A stretch of 64,000 nucleotides of DNA, from positions 238,893-302,892 of the forward strand of contig NW_005434665.1 in the NCBI RefSeq assembly GCF_000315625.1, read 5' to 3'. This stretch comes from Guillardia theta CCMP2712. Lineage: Eukaryota > Protista > Cryptophyta. The notes beneath the pieces were generated by a model. That model saw only the letters and a program-made list of their open reading frames with translations. It was not told the DNA's origin and made no database searches. The position numbers and the translations under genes are program-made. Below, piece after piece: positions 44,901 to 57,062 of this stretch. Every line of letters starts with the position of its first letter. Within the stretch, counting starts at the first letter, position 1.

Positions 44901-47900
44901 CAGTGCACCCCTGGCCACACAACGTTGAATTTAAGGAGAGTAGGTAGAGGAGGGAGGGTGTGGTGGTGGTGGTGGTTGAGGAGGAGGAGGAGGTGGAGGA
45001 GATGGAAGTGGTGGTGGTGGAGGAGGAGATGGAGGAGGAGATGGAGGAGGAGATGGAGGAAGAGGTGGTGGTGGAGGAGGAGATGGAGGAGGAGATGGAG
45101 GAAGAGGTGGTGGTGGAGGAGATGGAGGAGGAGATGGAGGAGGAGATGGAGGAGGAGAAGATGGAGGAAGACGAGGAGGAATGTGGGAGGGGGATGAGAA
45201 GGGGATATGGAACGTGGGCAGCAGGACTCCAGGAATGAGAAAGAAGTTTCGAACCTGCCCGACAGCTTTCTTGGAGATTTCAAACTCGATCGATGGATCA
45301 GTTGTTTCGAACTGGAGGGAAAATTAACCTCTTTCTCCCTCCCTCCAGCCTCTCCTCTCCTGGTACCCTCCACATTCTTCACCACGTCCTTCTCCCTTCT
45401 CCCTTCTCCACTCCTCCTCCCCTTCTGCCTCTACCCTCCTCCGCTTCCCTCTCCTTGTCCTCCCCCTCTCCTCGAACACGCCTCCCTCCCTCCCAACTGA
45501 TTCTATCGCTCACTTGCACGGCTTCCCGCATGTCTCGGGAGGCCACAGACTTCGTCGGCAGAGCAGGAAGACCACCTGAAGGTAAGATGAACGAAGTGGC
45601 GATGGAGGAGGAGGAGGGGATGTTTTTTCCTTCAGCAGGAGGAGGAGGAGGAGGAGGAGGATGACGATGAGGAGGAGCAGGAGGAGGAGCAGGAGGAGGA
45701 GGATGACGATGAGGAGAAGCAGGAGGAGGAGCAGGAGGAGGTCAGGACAGGGTTGTCAAGAGGGTGAGGACGGAAGGGCAGGTAAGAGAGACTCGATTGT
45801 TCTTCGTGCCTTTCTCCGTGTGGAACTTCAACACGTCGAGCAGCTCATCGATGTGCTCCATGGCCTGCGGTGTTTGAGAACAGAAGGGTGGGCAGAGTGA
45901 GCAGAGAGGGGAGGGGAGGAGATGAGATGAGAGGAGCGGAGAAGAGCTGAACCTCCTCCGGCGAGATGTTGGCCTGTTTCAGCAGACTCTCCCAACCAGG
46001 TGGGAGACCCTTGAGCCCTGTCGACTGTTCGACAGTCAGCGACAGCAAGGACGAGGAGGGGGGAGGAACAGCACCGATGTTGGGTCAGCAACGACTTTCA
46101 GATTGGAGTGTGAAGAGGAGGAGGAGGAGGAGTCCGTTCTGAGAAGAGGGATCAGACTCGGAAACGAGCACGAAGTGGTCTCATCACCTATCCCTGCCCA
46201 CAGGAGTAGAAGGATTCTTCATCCCAACACGAACCAGCTCGACGGTGAAGGGCTCAGCATACCCTCTCCTGCTGATCTCCAAGACAACCTGACACCAGAA
46301 GTCAGGGGAGGGGGAAGAAAGGAGGAGGGGGGGGGCGAGAGTTTGCAATGACGAATGTCAAGAGGTAGAGGAGGGGGATAGAGATAGGAGAGGGTAGAAG
46401 TAGAAGAAGGAAGCAGAAGGAGAGGAGGAGACGAGGAGAGGAGGAAGAGACGAAGTGGAGCAGGATGAAGCAAAAGGAGGAAGCAGCAGAAGAGCAGGAG
46501 CGAGAGCAGGAGCAGGACGATGATGAACCAGCACGGAGGATGGGGGGGGGGGGGCAGGAAGCGAGGACGAGGTAAGGACGAGGAGAGAACTGAAAGGTAA
46601 GAGGAGGAGCAACACACTTTTGATCCAACGGTTCCCTTGATCATTGGAGCGACCTCCTCCACCGTCATCCCCTGAATGTCCTGTACCAGCACATCACAAA
46701 CAAACCATCTACAGATCGTCTCCCTCTACTCCCCGACCTCCCTCCCCTCCCAAAACGGACATATCTTCTCCCTACCCTTCTCATCCCCTCCTGCCACCTC
46801 TCCTCCCCCAATCCCTCCTAAAGCCACCTCCACCACATCCTCCTCTCCCTACTTCTCTCTCCCTCTTCATCCCCTTTCCGCTTGCTCTCCTTCGCCTTCT
46901 CCTATCCTGTCCTCCGCCTTCGCCTCCTATCACCGTGCCTCCGACGGAGAGGATCGTGTCTCCAACAGAGATCATGTTGCTCTTCGCCGCTGCCCCGTGG
47001 GGATGGAGCTCGACCACCTGCTCCCGTTTCAACGAGGCGACATGAGAGTTGTCAAACCTTGAAGATCCCCTTGCTGTTGGGCTTCAGCAGCGCTCCTATC
47101 CCTACCAGGCTCTCGCTGCTGGGCTCGCTGCTAGCCTTGTTCTTCCTCCCTTCCTGTCGCTCAGCCTCCGACGCCTCCTGCCTCTTGCTGCTCTTGGCTC
47201 GCTCGTCCTGGCTCGAGCTCTTGCTCTTGCCGCTGCTCATGTAGTCTATCGCAGACTCCAGGTCATTCTGGCAGGCAGCGAGGGCAGCAGTCACCGACTT
47301 GTAGTCGTATCCCATCCCCACCAGTGTTGCGGTGTTGGACGCAAAGCTCGAGGCCTCTTCCCGCCCATGAGCCAAGCTCTTGTGGTAGCTGATGTTGCTG
47401 TCCACCCTCCTGCCTCCTCCGCTCGCATCGAACGTGTCTGGTCGCTCAGTGCCGACCGAGGAGGCGATGGAAGTGTGGAAGGCGTCGGCCTCTATTGCAG
47501 TGGAGGCTCGAGAGCTCGGAGAGAAGTCATCGGGAAAGTCCGTCGGCATCTCAGTGGCTGCTGTAATGCAGGAGGCGTGAGAGGTTCTCGCGGAGAAGAT
47601 TTCGTCCCGCGCAGTCCCGTAGCCTCCATCGGTAGAGACCGAGTCAACGCCAGCCCGCGAGCTCGTCTCAGAGCCGTCAGAGATGCTCGACAGGTAGTCA
47701 GCATGGTCCTTGTCTGTGAGGGGAACGAGCTCGGGGCTGATGATAATGTTGTTAAGGGGCGATCGGTTCTTGTTCTCCCTCAGCCACTTCTCGATCGCCC
47801 ATTTCTCGTAGATGTGACCGTCTGCCGCCCTCACGGGCGTCTTGATCGGCTCACACGTCAGCACACACTCTCCCCAGTCCTTGGTCGGAGTTTTGTTCTT

Positions 47901-49471
47901 GCGCGCGATCTCCGACGGCAGCACCAGCCTCTTCCCAGCCTGGATCGACGGCGTCGGTTCTCTTCCTTGCCAGTGGTTGCTGTTGGCAGGGCTCTTGCTA
48001 CTTTCCTCTTCCTTTGGCGATGGCACGTGCTTCGGCTCTACCGGCTTCTTCGACGAGGCGCTACGAGGGTCCTCCGCTGCTGCCCTTGAGTCGTTCCTTC
48101 TCGGCGACGGCTCCTCCACTCGCTCTCGAGAGCTTGCAGGAGGTTTTTCTTCTTCCGTCCTGGGAGGTGTCAGGAAGCCTTCCGGCTGGTCGTTGGCACG
48201 GTAGGTTGGAGTGCTCGGCTCAGAGGAGGCGTGAGTTGGTTTCCTCGTTGCCGGCGACTTGAAGTCTGGTTTCGAAGGAAGGGGCCCTTGCTCCCTCTCC
48301 ATCTGCTTGAACAGGTCTCTCGTCTTCGCTGCTCGCTCGGTCATACTGTGAGTTATGCTCTGGCCATACATCCTGCTCACTCCACTCCTATCCTCCTCCG
48401 CCTTCTTCCTTGAGGTCTCTCTCAATACGTCGCTGTCCGAGTGCTGCCGGGGGAGTTTTGGAACGCCAGGTTTGACCTCGGCAGCTTGACGTTCGGGCCC
48501 CTTGCCAACCTTCTCGTCTCTGCCTCCTCCGTCGTTTCCTCGCTCAGGCTTCTCTTCTCTTTCGCCGCGCTCAGCCCTCTTTGGCGCTTTCTCGCTCTTG
48601 CCCGCAGCAGCGTTGCCATCCTTGTACTTGTCAAGCTCTGCCAGCGCCTCTTCGAGTTGCTTCTTGTACATGTCTCTTTCCTTCTCGCACTGCTCCTTCT
48701 CGCTCCGCAGCCTCTTGCACTCAGCATCCAGCTTCTTGACTTCCTCTCGAAGTGAACCATCTCCTCGCCCACGCAGGGCGCGGGCCTCCGCCTCCGCCCT
48801 GTCTTTCGCTTTCCTGGGAGCTGATCAATAATAGGAACGAGGATTCACTCAAGGATAGGGAGGAAGCGTCTCCTCACCTCAAAGTCTCGTTCTTCGATAT
48901 CTCGAAGTCTAATTCTTCTCTGACCTTGTCCAAGGTCTTGTATAGCTGGAAAGATTCGTCAGCCCCATGGCATAAAAGATTACAATCAGATTGTTGCATC
49001 ACAGTTCTATGGTTGATGACACAGAGACCAGCAGACATTTCAGCATCGTACAGTAAGTTGGAAGACTCGAGTCGCTTCTAGAATCTGCTTTGTTCCTACA
49101 TCTCCATGACAGAATAGCTACAACTTGATTGACTAGTTGCTTGATTGACTAGTTGGACATGTTAAAGTACGAAATGCTGTCGCTACCCAACAGTCTCTTT
49201 CCAGAATTTCTACAATCATGAAACATCGTCTTAAAAAAGTTCAATTCTTCACAACACCCTCATCGTGCGAACTGTGCAGAGGCTTGTAGATCGGAGGTGG
49301 TACAAAAGAGTCTTCCATTCTCATGAGACAACACGAGCCGCATTGAAGCGAAGCATGCGTGATGCTCTGGATCAAGTGCAACACGATTCAAGCATGGTAC
49401 TTCACCTGCTCCATCTCCGTCTCCTCCATCGCCTCCTCCATGGCGCGGCTGAACCGCTCCGATACCGCCAT
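41912..49471 (-). CDS. STE20/PAK-family kinase fused to coiled-coil, U-box, UBA and PDZ domains, multi-exon
   Basis: U-box [33 protein letters not shown]; [28 protein letters not shown]; [46 protein letters not shown] switch [23 protein letters not shown]. Kinase [54 protein letters not shown]. Confidence 0.85.
42650..43450 (+). repeat. (GGAGA)n arrays on both sides of the gap region (42650-42834 and 43243-43450)
   Basis: Tandem pentamers. Confidence 0.9.
42835..42934. other. Assembly gap (100 N)
   Basis: Run of N. Confidence 1.
44958..45180 (+). repeat. Intronic GGA/TGG compound repeat (GGAGGAGGAGAT units)
   Basis: Tandem 12-mers interspersed with TGG runs. Confidence 0.9.
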
Positions 49472-49479
49472 GGACGATC

Positions 49480-50100
49480 ACCCCACCCTGACTCATTCGA
49501 ACATACCCTACCCCACAAGAATCTATTTGAGTTGAAACCTACCCGTGCAATTCAATAGCCAAATAGGGGTAGCCTTTCATGTGTCTGAGCTGACTACCCC
49601 TCATTTTGATCAAAGCCGGTAGGTACCGGTCCTTTCAAAAATCATTTGACTCGTCGAAATGATCCTTCTGGCTGTTTGACCCCACCCCCTTGAGTTACCC
49701 TTCTCCTCTCCTACCCCCTCCTTTTACTGACTTACATATGAGGAAATACCCTAGTCAATCACTGAGTTATGACCCCCACCCCAGGGTCCTTGACAGTGAC
49801 GGTACTATTTACTTTTACAAAGGGATACAGCCGTTACACTTCACCGTTACTCACCTCCAGTCATGGTTGTATCGGAGAAACCGTCAAGTTCCATTCAAGT
49901 CCGACAGTCAAGAACTGGCTTGAAGCCTCGCACTACATTGAGTACAGGCTACAGTACACCACATCGTACGGTCAAGTGTAGTACCTTTCGGTACTACGGT
50001 ACGGTAACTCATCCGTTGAAACGGGCCGTGTGGGTGAGTGGCCAGCCTGCGGGGCCGGGGCCGGGCGGCCTCAGGCTGGCGTTTGTTGCCCGGGGTGAAG
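49480..50100. other. TACCCC-rich tract followed by a CCGG-rich island
   Basis: TACCCC/CACCCC words 49480-49785; core 49960-50100. Confidence 0.6.
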
Positions 50101-50274
50101 GTTCCATAATGATTGATACGGACAACTGTCATGCCACAGAGTGTTGCACTTGCTTACAAAGGCCGCCCCTGCGATCAGTCGAGATCGGGCATCGGGACAA
50201 GGATGGGCAAGGATTGAATGAACCATGCCAGGCTGCTAGATACAGACTTCACTTTTTCATGTTTGGCATTTCCA

Positions 50275-52920
50275 TCACCACATGTTACATCGCTGCCTCG
50301 GGCTCATGTACGATCCCTGTAGGTCTCTCGTCAGAGTCCAAACATGAGAAACAGGCTCGGCCTACCGCAGGACACGAATACGCTTCCGCGAAAGATTCAA
50401 AGTTCATGAGGGGGCCGTTGACTCGTAGCTGCAGGAGGGGAGGTCAACCACCTTGGACCAGAGGCACGGGAGGGTTGTCACCTTGTTGGGGGAGTGTTCG
50501 TCAGTGAAGAGCTGCAGCTCCTCGGCCCTCTTCCTCTCAACGGTGCACCAATTCTGAGCCCAGGAGAGGAAGAAGAGCTTGTCCTCGTCCTTGGTCGACT
50601 TGCGGTGATACTTCTCCTGCATCACCGCCTGCAAGGCCTCGTACGAGATCTTTACGCCGCCCATGTCCGCAATGTTCTCCCCCAGTGTTAGAAGGCCGTT
50701 GACATGCCTTCCCTCCACCTTGAAGGAGGAGTAGAAGTGCTCAATGCATCGGGCTTTCTCCTCGAACCTCCTTGAGTCCGACATGGTCCACCAGTTTGCC
50801 AGAGTCCCTCGCCCACCAAACTTCCTCCCCTGATCGTCGAATCCATGAGTGATCTCATGCCCAAGAATGCCGCCCAGAGCTCCAAAGTTTCTTGCAAGAG
50901 GGTAAGACGCACTGAAAAATGGCTCCTGCAGAATTCCAGCAGGGACGTATAGACCGTTTGCCGTGTAGCTGTAGAACGCATCCACCATAGTGGGGGAAGT
51001 GCTGCCCCAACGGTGAGGGTCGGTCTTTCTCGTCAAACGCTTGAACGAATGTTGGATGTACCATTCCGAAAGCTGCAAGCCGTTCCACAGGTACTTGTCG
51101 TCGACTAGATAGACTCCATTGTAGTAGTTCCAGTAGGATGGGCGGCCGATAGCAAAGAACATCACGTGCAGCTTCTCCAGCGCTGCCTGCTTGGTGGAGT
51201 TCTGCATCCAGTCGACCCTCAGCAAGTCGTCTTTGAAGGCAAGTTTCAACCGCATCAACATGTGCTCAGCTGCCATCTTACGCTTGGTGGAGAAGAAGTT
51301 GTTGACAAAGAGCTTGCCAACATCGTCTGGAAGGGCATTGATCGCAGCATGCATGCACTTCTTCCATCTTGGAACTTTCTTAACCTGACCAGTAACAATC
51401 CTTTGGAGCATGAAGCCTGTGTCTTCCATCTCTTTGTCCATATCTGCACCCAGCACAAATGCAAGTCGAAATAGCAGATAAGCCTTGATGCTGTCCAGAT
51501 CAGCCTGCATTAGCATCAGTAAAACATGGAGAACTTGAGGTCAAAAAATTACCTTGACGAGATATTTGTTCATGGATTCGAAGTAAGGCGAGTTTCTGAT
51601 CATGATTGTTATCTTGTCTGCGATGGTATCTGCCTGCGAGTGATAGGTGCCAGCCATTGCATTGATGAACCGCTTGAGATGGAGAGCAGGACAGAGTTTC
51701 TCGAGCTCTTCGATGTCGTAAGGTTGCGCTCGCTCCACCCTCTGCTCCTGCGCTGAGGCAAATCTCTCGGCCAACGCTGTTTCCACCTCAAGAGACCTTT
51801 CCGCTGCGACTTTGGGCCATGTGGCCACATCGCATTCGGGCATAATCTTACAGACCTTGGTGAGCACATCAGTCGCCACGCGCTTGTAACCCTCCCTCTT
51901 GAGCTTCATGGATGGCTCACTCGAGATGTAGAAGTTGGGGGAGGGGAACGTGATTCCTCCCTGCATCAAGTACAATGCCGACTCTTCGGGCTTATCTGGA
52001 TTGCTCTCTACTGACCAATCATAGAACACCACCACGTTTGCCTTGTGCCACCAATACACGACCACGGTCAGTGAGACAAGGTCTTTGACCGCATGTACTT
52101 GTTTGATAAATGGCATCAGAGGAGAGATCCCAAGCGCATTGATCGCCGACGTATTCATGCAACTCCTAAAACATATTCATCAGAATTCAGCTTTCGCATG
52201 AGTTAGCTTCTAGGAATGTATCAAACCTGTAGAAAACGCCAGCATTGCTGTCCGAGTTTGCTATAATAGGGAGCAATCTTCGTGTGTTGTTTCTTTCCAC
52301 ACCATCCCATGCGTGGGCGAACTCTAACTGGTCTGGATTTAGCTTGTGGTTCTTAATGAAATTCCCGCAAGCATATTCGTAGAAGTTGTCGCACGGCGAT
52401 GCGCTGTTGTCCATCAATTGAGTCATGTCAGCCGGGAAGAGCTGCGAGGATGCCGGCAGCATGCTCTTGTTGGAAGGATTCCATGATTTCAGAAAATATT
52501 TAGACACTTGTATCACGACGAAGACGAATCCGCAAAAACAAACGGCTATGCCGAAAAACCAGGCAAGCCTTCGTCTCCAAATCTGAGCGGAACATGACAT
52601 GAATAGAAAACTTTCACTCGAGAATAATAAGTACCTTCTGTCCTTGTTTGCTATAGATAGGAACATCTTCAGGGACAAATGTCCCGTATCTGTTGTCAAC
52701 CAGCATCAGGTATCGAAGTCAAGCCGAAGACACTGAACAGGAGGAGGCCTTTTGAAGGCTTGCTGAGGGGTAGTATTGCGAGGTGGAGAAAAGAGAGCAA
52801 GGGGATCAAGCATAGCAAGAGTAACCAACATGAAAAAGGCGGCAAACACTTGGAGTCAAAGAGTTCTTAAGACTGCAGCTTCGGCATGCTCAACCTCTCC
52901 TACCTGTCCTCCCCCGCCAT
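50275..52920 (-). CDS. M13 family zinc metallopeptidase (neprilysin/ECE-like), type II membrane protein
   Basis: TM WFFGIAVCFCGFVFVVI, PCDNFYEYACG, VDAFY, GILQEPFF, GHEITHGFD, GENIAD, HSP, terminal CNMW*. Confidence 0.95.
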
Positions 52921-54235
52921 GCCTTCGGGCTAAATGCGCGCCATTAGGATGAGTCACCACACCACCCCTCCTTCCTACTGTGACCCACCCCTCCTTGACC
53001 TCTACCCCCAAATTTCAATACAAAGTATCGGGTCCTCGGAAAGAAGGTTTGGTGCTACGCAATGGTCTCTATTGGAAAATGGTGTGGGGATAAGACTGAC
53101 GGGAAGCGAGGAAGAGAAAATGAAGCTCTCCAAGACGGCAGAATGAACTCTCAAGGTTATAGGGCACAACAAAGCGCTCGATGGTGCCGAGCATGCTTCT
53201 TTTGCGAGCAAAACTGAGTGTGGGGAGTAGTGGCATGGTACAGAAGATTTGTCATGGTTGGCTCATTCAGCGATAGAGCGGGTTGCAAACATTCTTGAAA
53301 ACCAGCAGAACTGTACAAAGTGACAGGAAGGTTCAGATCCTACTGCAGAGGATCATCTGATAGTCTGTTTGCTCTCTCACGAAAAGCCTTGGGACAACAT
53401 GTGCCTTTAGCAATGGGTTGGAAGCATTCGAATGGCAGAGGTTCACTGCGCAAGTGCAAATTGAGTTTTTGACGAAACGATTCAGAACATAAGAATTGGT
53501 CGGACTGATGTCCTATCCAAGTCAAAAAGGCCGCCACGCATACAAGATTGTCAGAGATTCGGACTGAGTGCGAACACTGCTTGTCTTGCGAAAGTAAAAA
53601 TTCAATAAGATAGAGATGTTAGTCCCCCTTACTTCGAGCGCCCAAGTCTTCAAGCATATGATAACCTTCAAAATCAGGAACTTTAGACATAATCGAAGGG
53701 GTACAGCCCCTTTTAAGTGCAGTCAAGTAATCCGTGACACAGACCCCATTGGTCGACTGACTTGTATGTCCAATATTGTTTTCATGTACCTGATGGGTTT
53801 TACTTTCATGAGAGATATGATCTAATAAAAGCGCTCTGAGAAACCCCACCTTGTGTAACTCCAGATTCTGCGCATGTATTCTTGCTGAACTAAAGCTTAG
53901 AGAATCGCTCACACACCCGGAAGATAGTTCGCATTCAGTGTGCGATCAAATTTCTGAGTAATCTCTTGAAAAAACAATAGCCAGCCACCTCTTGACAAGA
54001 TTTCCTTCTCTCCATCAAGTTCTCACTCAATCGGCACAACTCTGTCCAGCCCCTCTCCTCATGCCCAAATCCCACAAAGCCCCTGCCTGCAGCCTGCCTG
54101 TCTTGATCAAGGACCCCATAAACCTACAGACAATCAGGGGGTAGTGTCACACATAGAAAATGCTCAGCCCGCCATCGAGGGTTGGTAAGACTAGTGGTGC
54201 CCGGGCCCAAGTTCGGACCTGCACTGATAGTTCTC

Positions 54236-54422
54236 ATACCTTCTCGGCCTTTTGGCTAAGATCAAGTGTAGTATCTGTTCTTATCAGCTTAATCTCTGAT
54301 ACAGGGGCAATGCCCCTTCGAGATTAACTCAATTTCTCTCGCGGGAGGCTTCACCCGGGCGCTTGCGTCCCGAAGCCTCACGTGTGTCCTCGGAGCTGCA
54401 CTACTTCCTTGGACGCACACCG
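54236..54422 (+). ncRNA. U2: U2 spliceosomal snRNA
   Basis: ATACCTTCTCGGCCTTTTGGCTAAGATCAAGTGTAGTATCTGTTCTTATCAG 5' domain with GTAGTA branch-recognition sequence; stems IIa/IIb, III (GAGGCTTC..GAAGCCTC) and IV with TGCAC loop. Confidence 0.97.
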
Positions 54423-54544
54423 TCTGCTCTCTCAAACAAATACAAGTACACCTGAGATCTTACAAGCAACGATTCCTGCAATTATTATTTCCGAAAGTAT
54501 TGTCACTCATGAAGGCCGATAATTTGGTCTTGATCTGTCTTCTA

Positions 54545-55805
54545 TCGGCCTCCCGGAAGTCCGGGCTGAACTGGTTCCGGCCCGTATGGCCGTGGCGCAG
54601 CTAGCTCGGCCCTGTCGACCGGGTCCACAGGATCACAACCCCTGTTTTTGCTGAGAACCTAGCCGTTATCGGGGTACGCGTGTGAACTCGGGGCGGTGCA
54701 TTATTGCCATCCGGTGTACAAACAGGGGGTAGTACTGTCGTAGGGAAACCGTTCCTTTGAGGATTTACCACGGGTACGGTACGGTAGGCGACCAGAGAAG
54801 TTACCCTGGTTCTGAGAGATATGTTCTGAGGCGATGGGACGCATATAAAGAGGGGCGAGGGGGGTGGGGGGTGTGACAATATAATAATATATTGTCAACT
54901 ACCCCTAACACCCCTGGAATCTCAATTGATCACAGTTGTAGTGGTGGGCCTGCTCAAATGTGAGGCCACTGCTGACCATAGGCCCTACGCGATATCGAGT
55001 CCTAGAAAGATACAGCACAAAGCAGTGGCAGGTCATAGGAATAGACTCGGTGACTGGTTGTATGCAGTACGTGTCAAACATGCGAACTTTGGTCATTAGT
55101 GGGGGTGGTTCAGACATTTCTCAAGGGGTGGTGAATTGGATGGTGGGTAGGATATGAAATGTAGTGAAATAATAAAAAATTCGGGGGGTGGGGTACAATT
55201 TTTAACATTGGGGGTTGCGTTGGGGAGGCGGAAGTGAAAGGTGAATCATACAATCAAAGGGGTAGGGGTGGGGAAGGGATGTAATCAGCTAGGGCAGTGT
55301 AAAAAAAGGTGGCACGCATGTGGTAGGGTGGTGGATCACAGTGAGAGACTGAAACAGGGGTGGTCCTACCCACCCTATGCGTTTGAAGGAATAACCCACC
55401 CTATTCAAGTCTTTTGGCGGGAAAAGCACATTCAGTTGCGGTATGACTACCACAGAAATCATAGAGAAGCAGGGGTGGTATTCAAAGATCGGAAATACAC
55501 GGGTCCAGGTGATAAAAGTGAGGCAGCTGATCCTTTGTGGGGGTAGGGGGTAGAAAGGGGATACAAAAGGGTCCGAAGGGGTAGTTCACTTTAACGCAGG
55601 GGTAGATTCACCTTGTGAGGAAAGGGTGAGGGTGGGGGAGCACAATTGGATGGATAATGAGGGTGGGGGTACAGAAGTTATCAGATTGTGGAACTGGGTG
55701 GGTAGTGTCCAGGACCGGGTAGTCTTGGGGAACAAGTAGGGTGAACAACAAGGGTGACTGAGAGGAAAATCGTGAGGGTGGGGTAGTAGACCCGGATTGG
55801 GTGGG
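54545..55805. other. CCGG-rich island followed by a long GGGGTA/GGGTGG-rich tract
   Basis: Core 54545-54700; G-run words on + through 55805. Confidence 0.6.
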
Positions 55806-56497
55806 TTGAAATGGTCATGAGCCTGGACAAGAAGGCAGCGATGGAGTGAGAAGGAACATGACACAAAAGGAAGAAAGACATGATAACACAGATGAAAATG
55901 ACTAGAATATGAACATCTCATTCACTTCATGCACCCATCGTCATTTCAGACATGGAGAGGTCAGAAGAAACAGTTTGTGAGTTTGTTGCGAGGTGATGCA
56001 AGATGGAATGAGAATGTGGGGCTCGCAATTCATTCATTCTTGAGATTTCTGTTAGGATCTCTTGATGATGAGTTTTTCACCTTCTAGAGCTTTTGAATAT
56101 TTCTGAAATGTACAATCTCCTCTTGTTCGTGCTGGAAAGTGCAAGTGTGCGCCATCACTTTCCGGTTGTGCCAATCCTCGAATCTGCCTGCAGCCTTGTG
56201 TGTCCTCTTGATATGGACTGATCAGAATATGTTCATGATTAAAGATGAAGTAGAATTTTCTATACCTATCGAATGCGACTGCGACATACGTGTTTCTATT
56301 TGCAACGCGCTTTGTTTGAGACGCTGCAAAGTCCACAATGTTAGAATTTCTTTCTTATCCCCTTGCGATGATACCCCAACAACGGCCACTTAACTTTTCT
56401 CAAGTTTACTCTGTTGAAATTCTCAAGTTGACACGTTTTTGTTGTGCAGGAGCTGCTGTTCAAAGTGTCGGCTGGCAAGGATTTCAGAATACGCAAG

Positions 56498-56890
56498 ATG
56501 CCGTGGATATTCTCATGGTTCAAGAAGAACAAGTCGCAACCTGCCCTTGGTCCAGAAGTTGATTACAACTCAACTCGATCGGAGCAAGGATATGCTAAGA
56601 TCCCTGGCGTTGGAACTGTTGATCTGAATTGCAGTCGAAAGACTGTACACCTTCCCAGTGTAACCTCGGAAGAGTCCTCGGATGATGAATATCGTGACCG
56701 GAGAAGCACGCAACTTAGGAAGTCCATAGTTTGTCCGAAATCTGCATTGGTTGATTCGAGAGGGTCAATGACTGTCACTGAGCTCTACCTCGGGCCCAAC
56801 AAATCTCCAGTTTGCATAATCCTCGCTGAGGAGTACGAATCTTACAAACCCCCGAAGGCTTGTCGGCAAAGGTCACGAACTCCATTGTGA
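56498..56890 (+). CDS. Hypothetical 130-aa protein
   Basis: Open frame MPWIFSWFKKNK...RSRTPL* preceded by an acceptor (TGTGCAG, 56449); no family recognised. Confidence 0.45.
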   Translation: MPWIFSWFKKNKSQPALGPEVDYNSTRSEQGYAKIPGVGTVDLNCSRKTVHLPSVTSEESSDDEYRDRRSTQLRKSIVCPKSALVDSRGSMTVTELYLGPNKSPVCIILAEEYESYKPPKACRQRSRTPL

Positions 56891-57062
56891 GGTTCAGAAT
56901 TTGTTTAACTTACCCTCCCTTCATGGCGAATGCTTGATATGGGCGTTCCGCCATGTGTACTTTTAGAAGAAACCGTCGGGATTTTGAGATCATCTCTTGT
57001 AAAGCAAATGTGTGAAATACGATTTCTCTCCCATCGCGTTTTGATCACAGTTAAAAAGCCGA

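Noticed and set aside
44855-45385. Poly-His/Leu, Trp/Arg and Glu/Met ORFs
   Set aside because: Translations of an intronic GGA/TGG repeat.
47049-48089. 346-aa plus-strand ORF
   Set aside because: Antisense to the U-box/UBA exon.
53000-54100. Short ORFs between the M13 gene and U2
   Set aside because: No motif, codon bias or coherent exon chain; left unassigned.
54160-54232. tRNA-like sequence upstream of U2 (GTTCGGA)
   Set aside because: No cloverleaf could be formed; more likely snRNA promoter sequence, which I cannot define.
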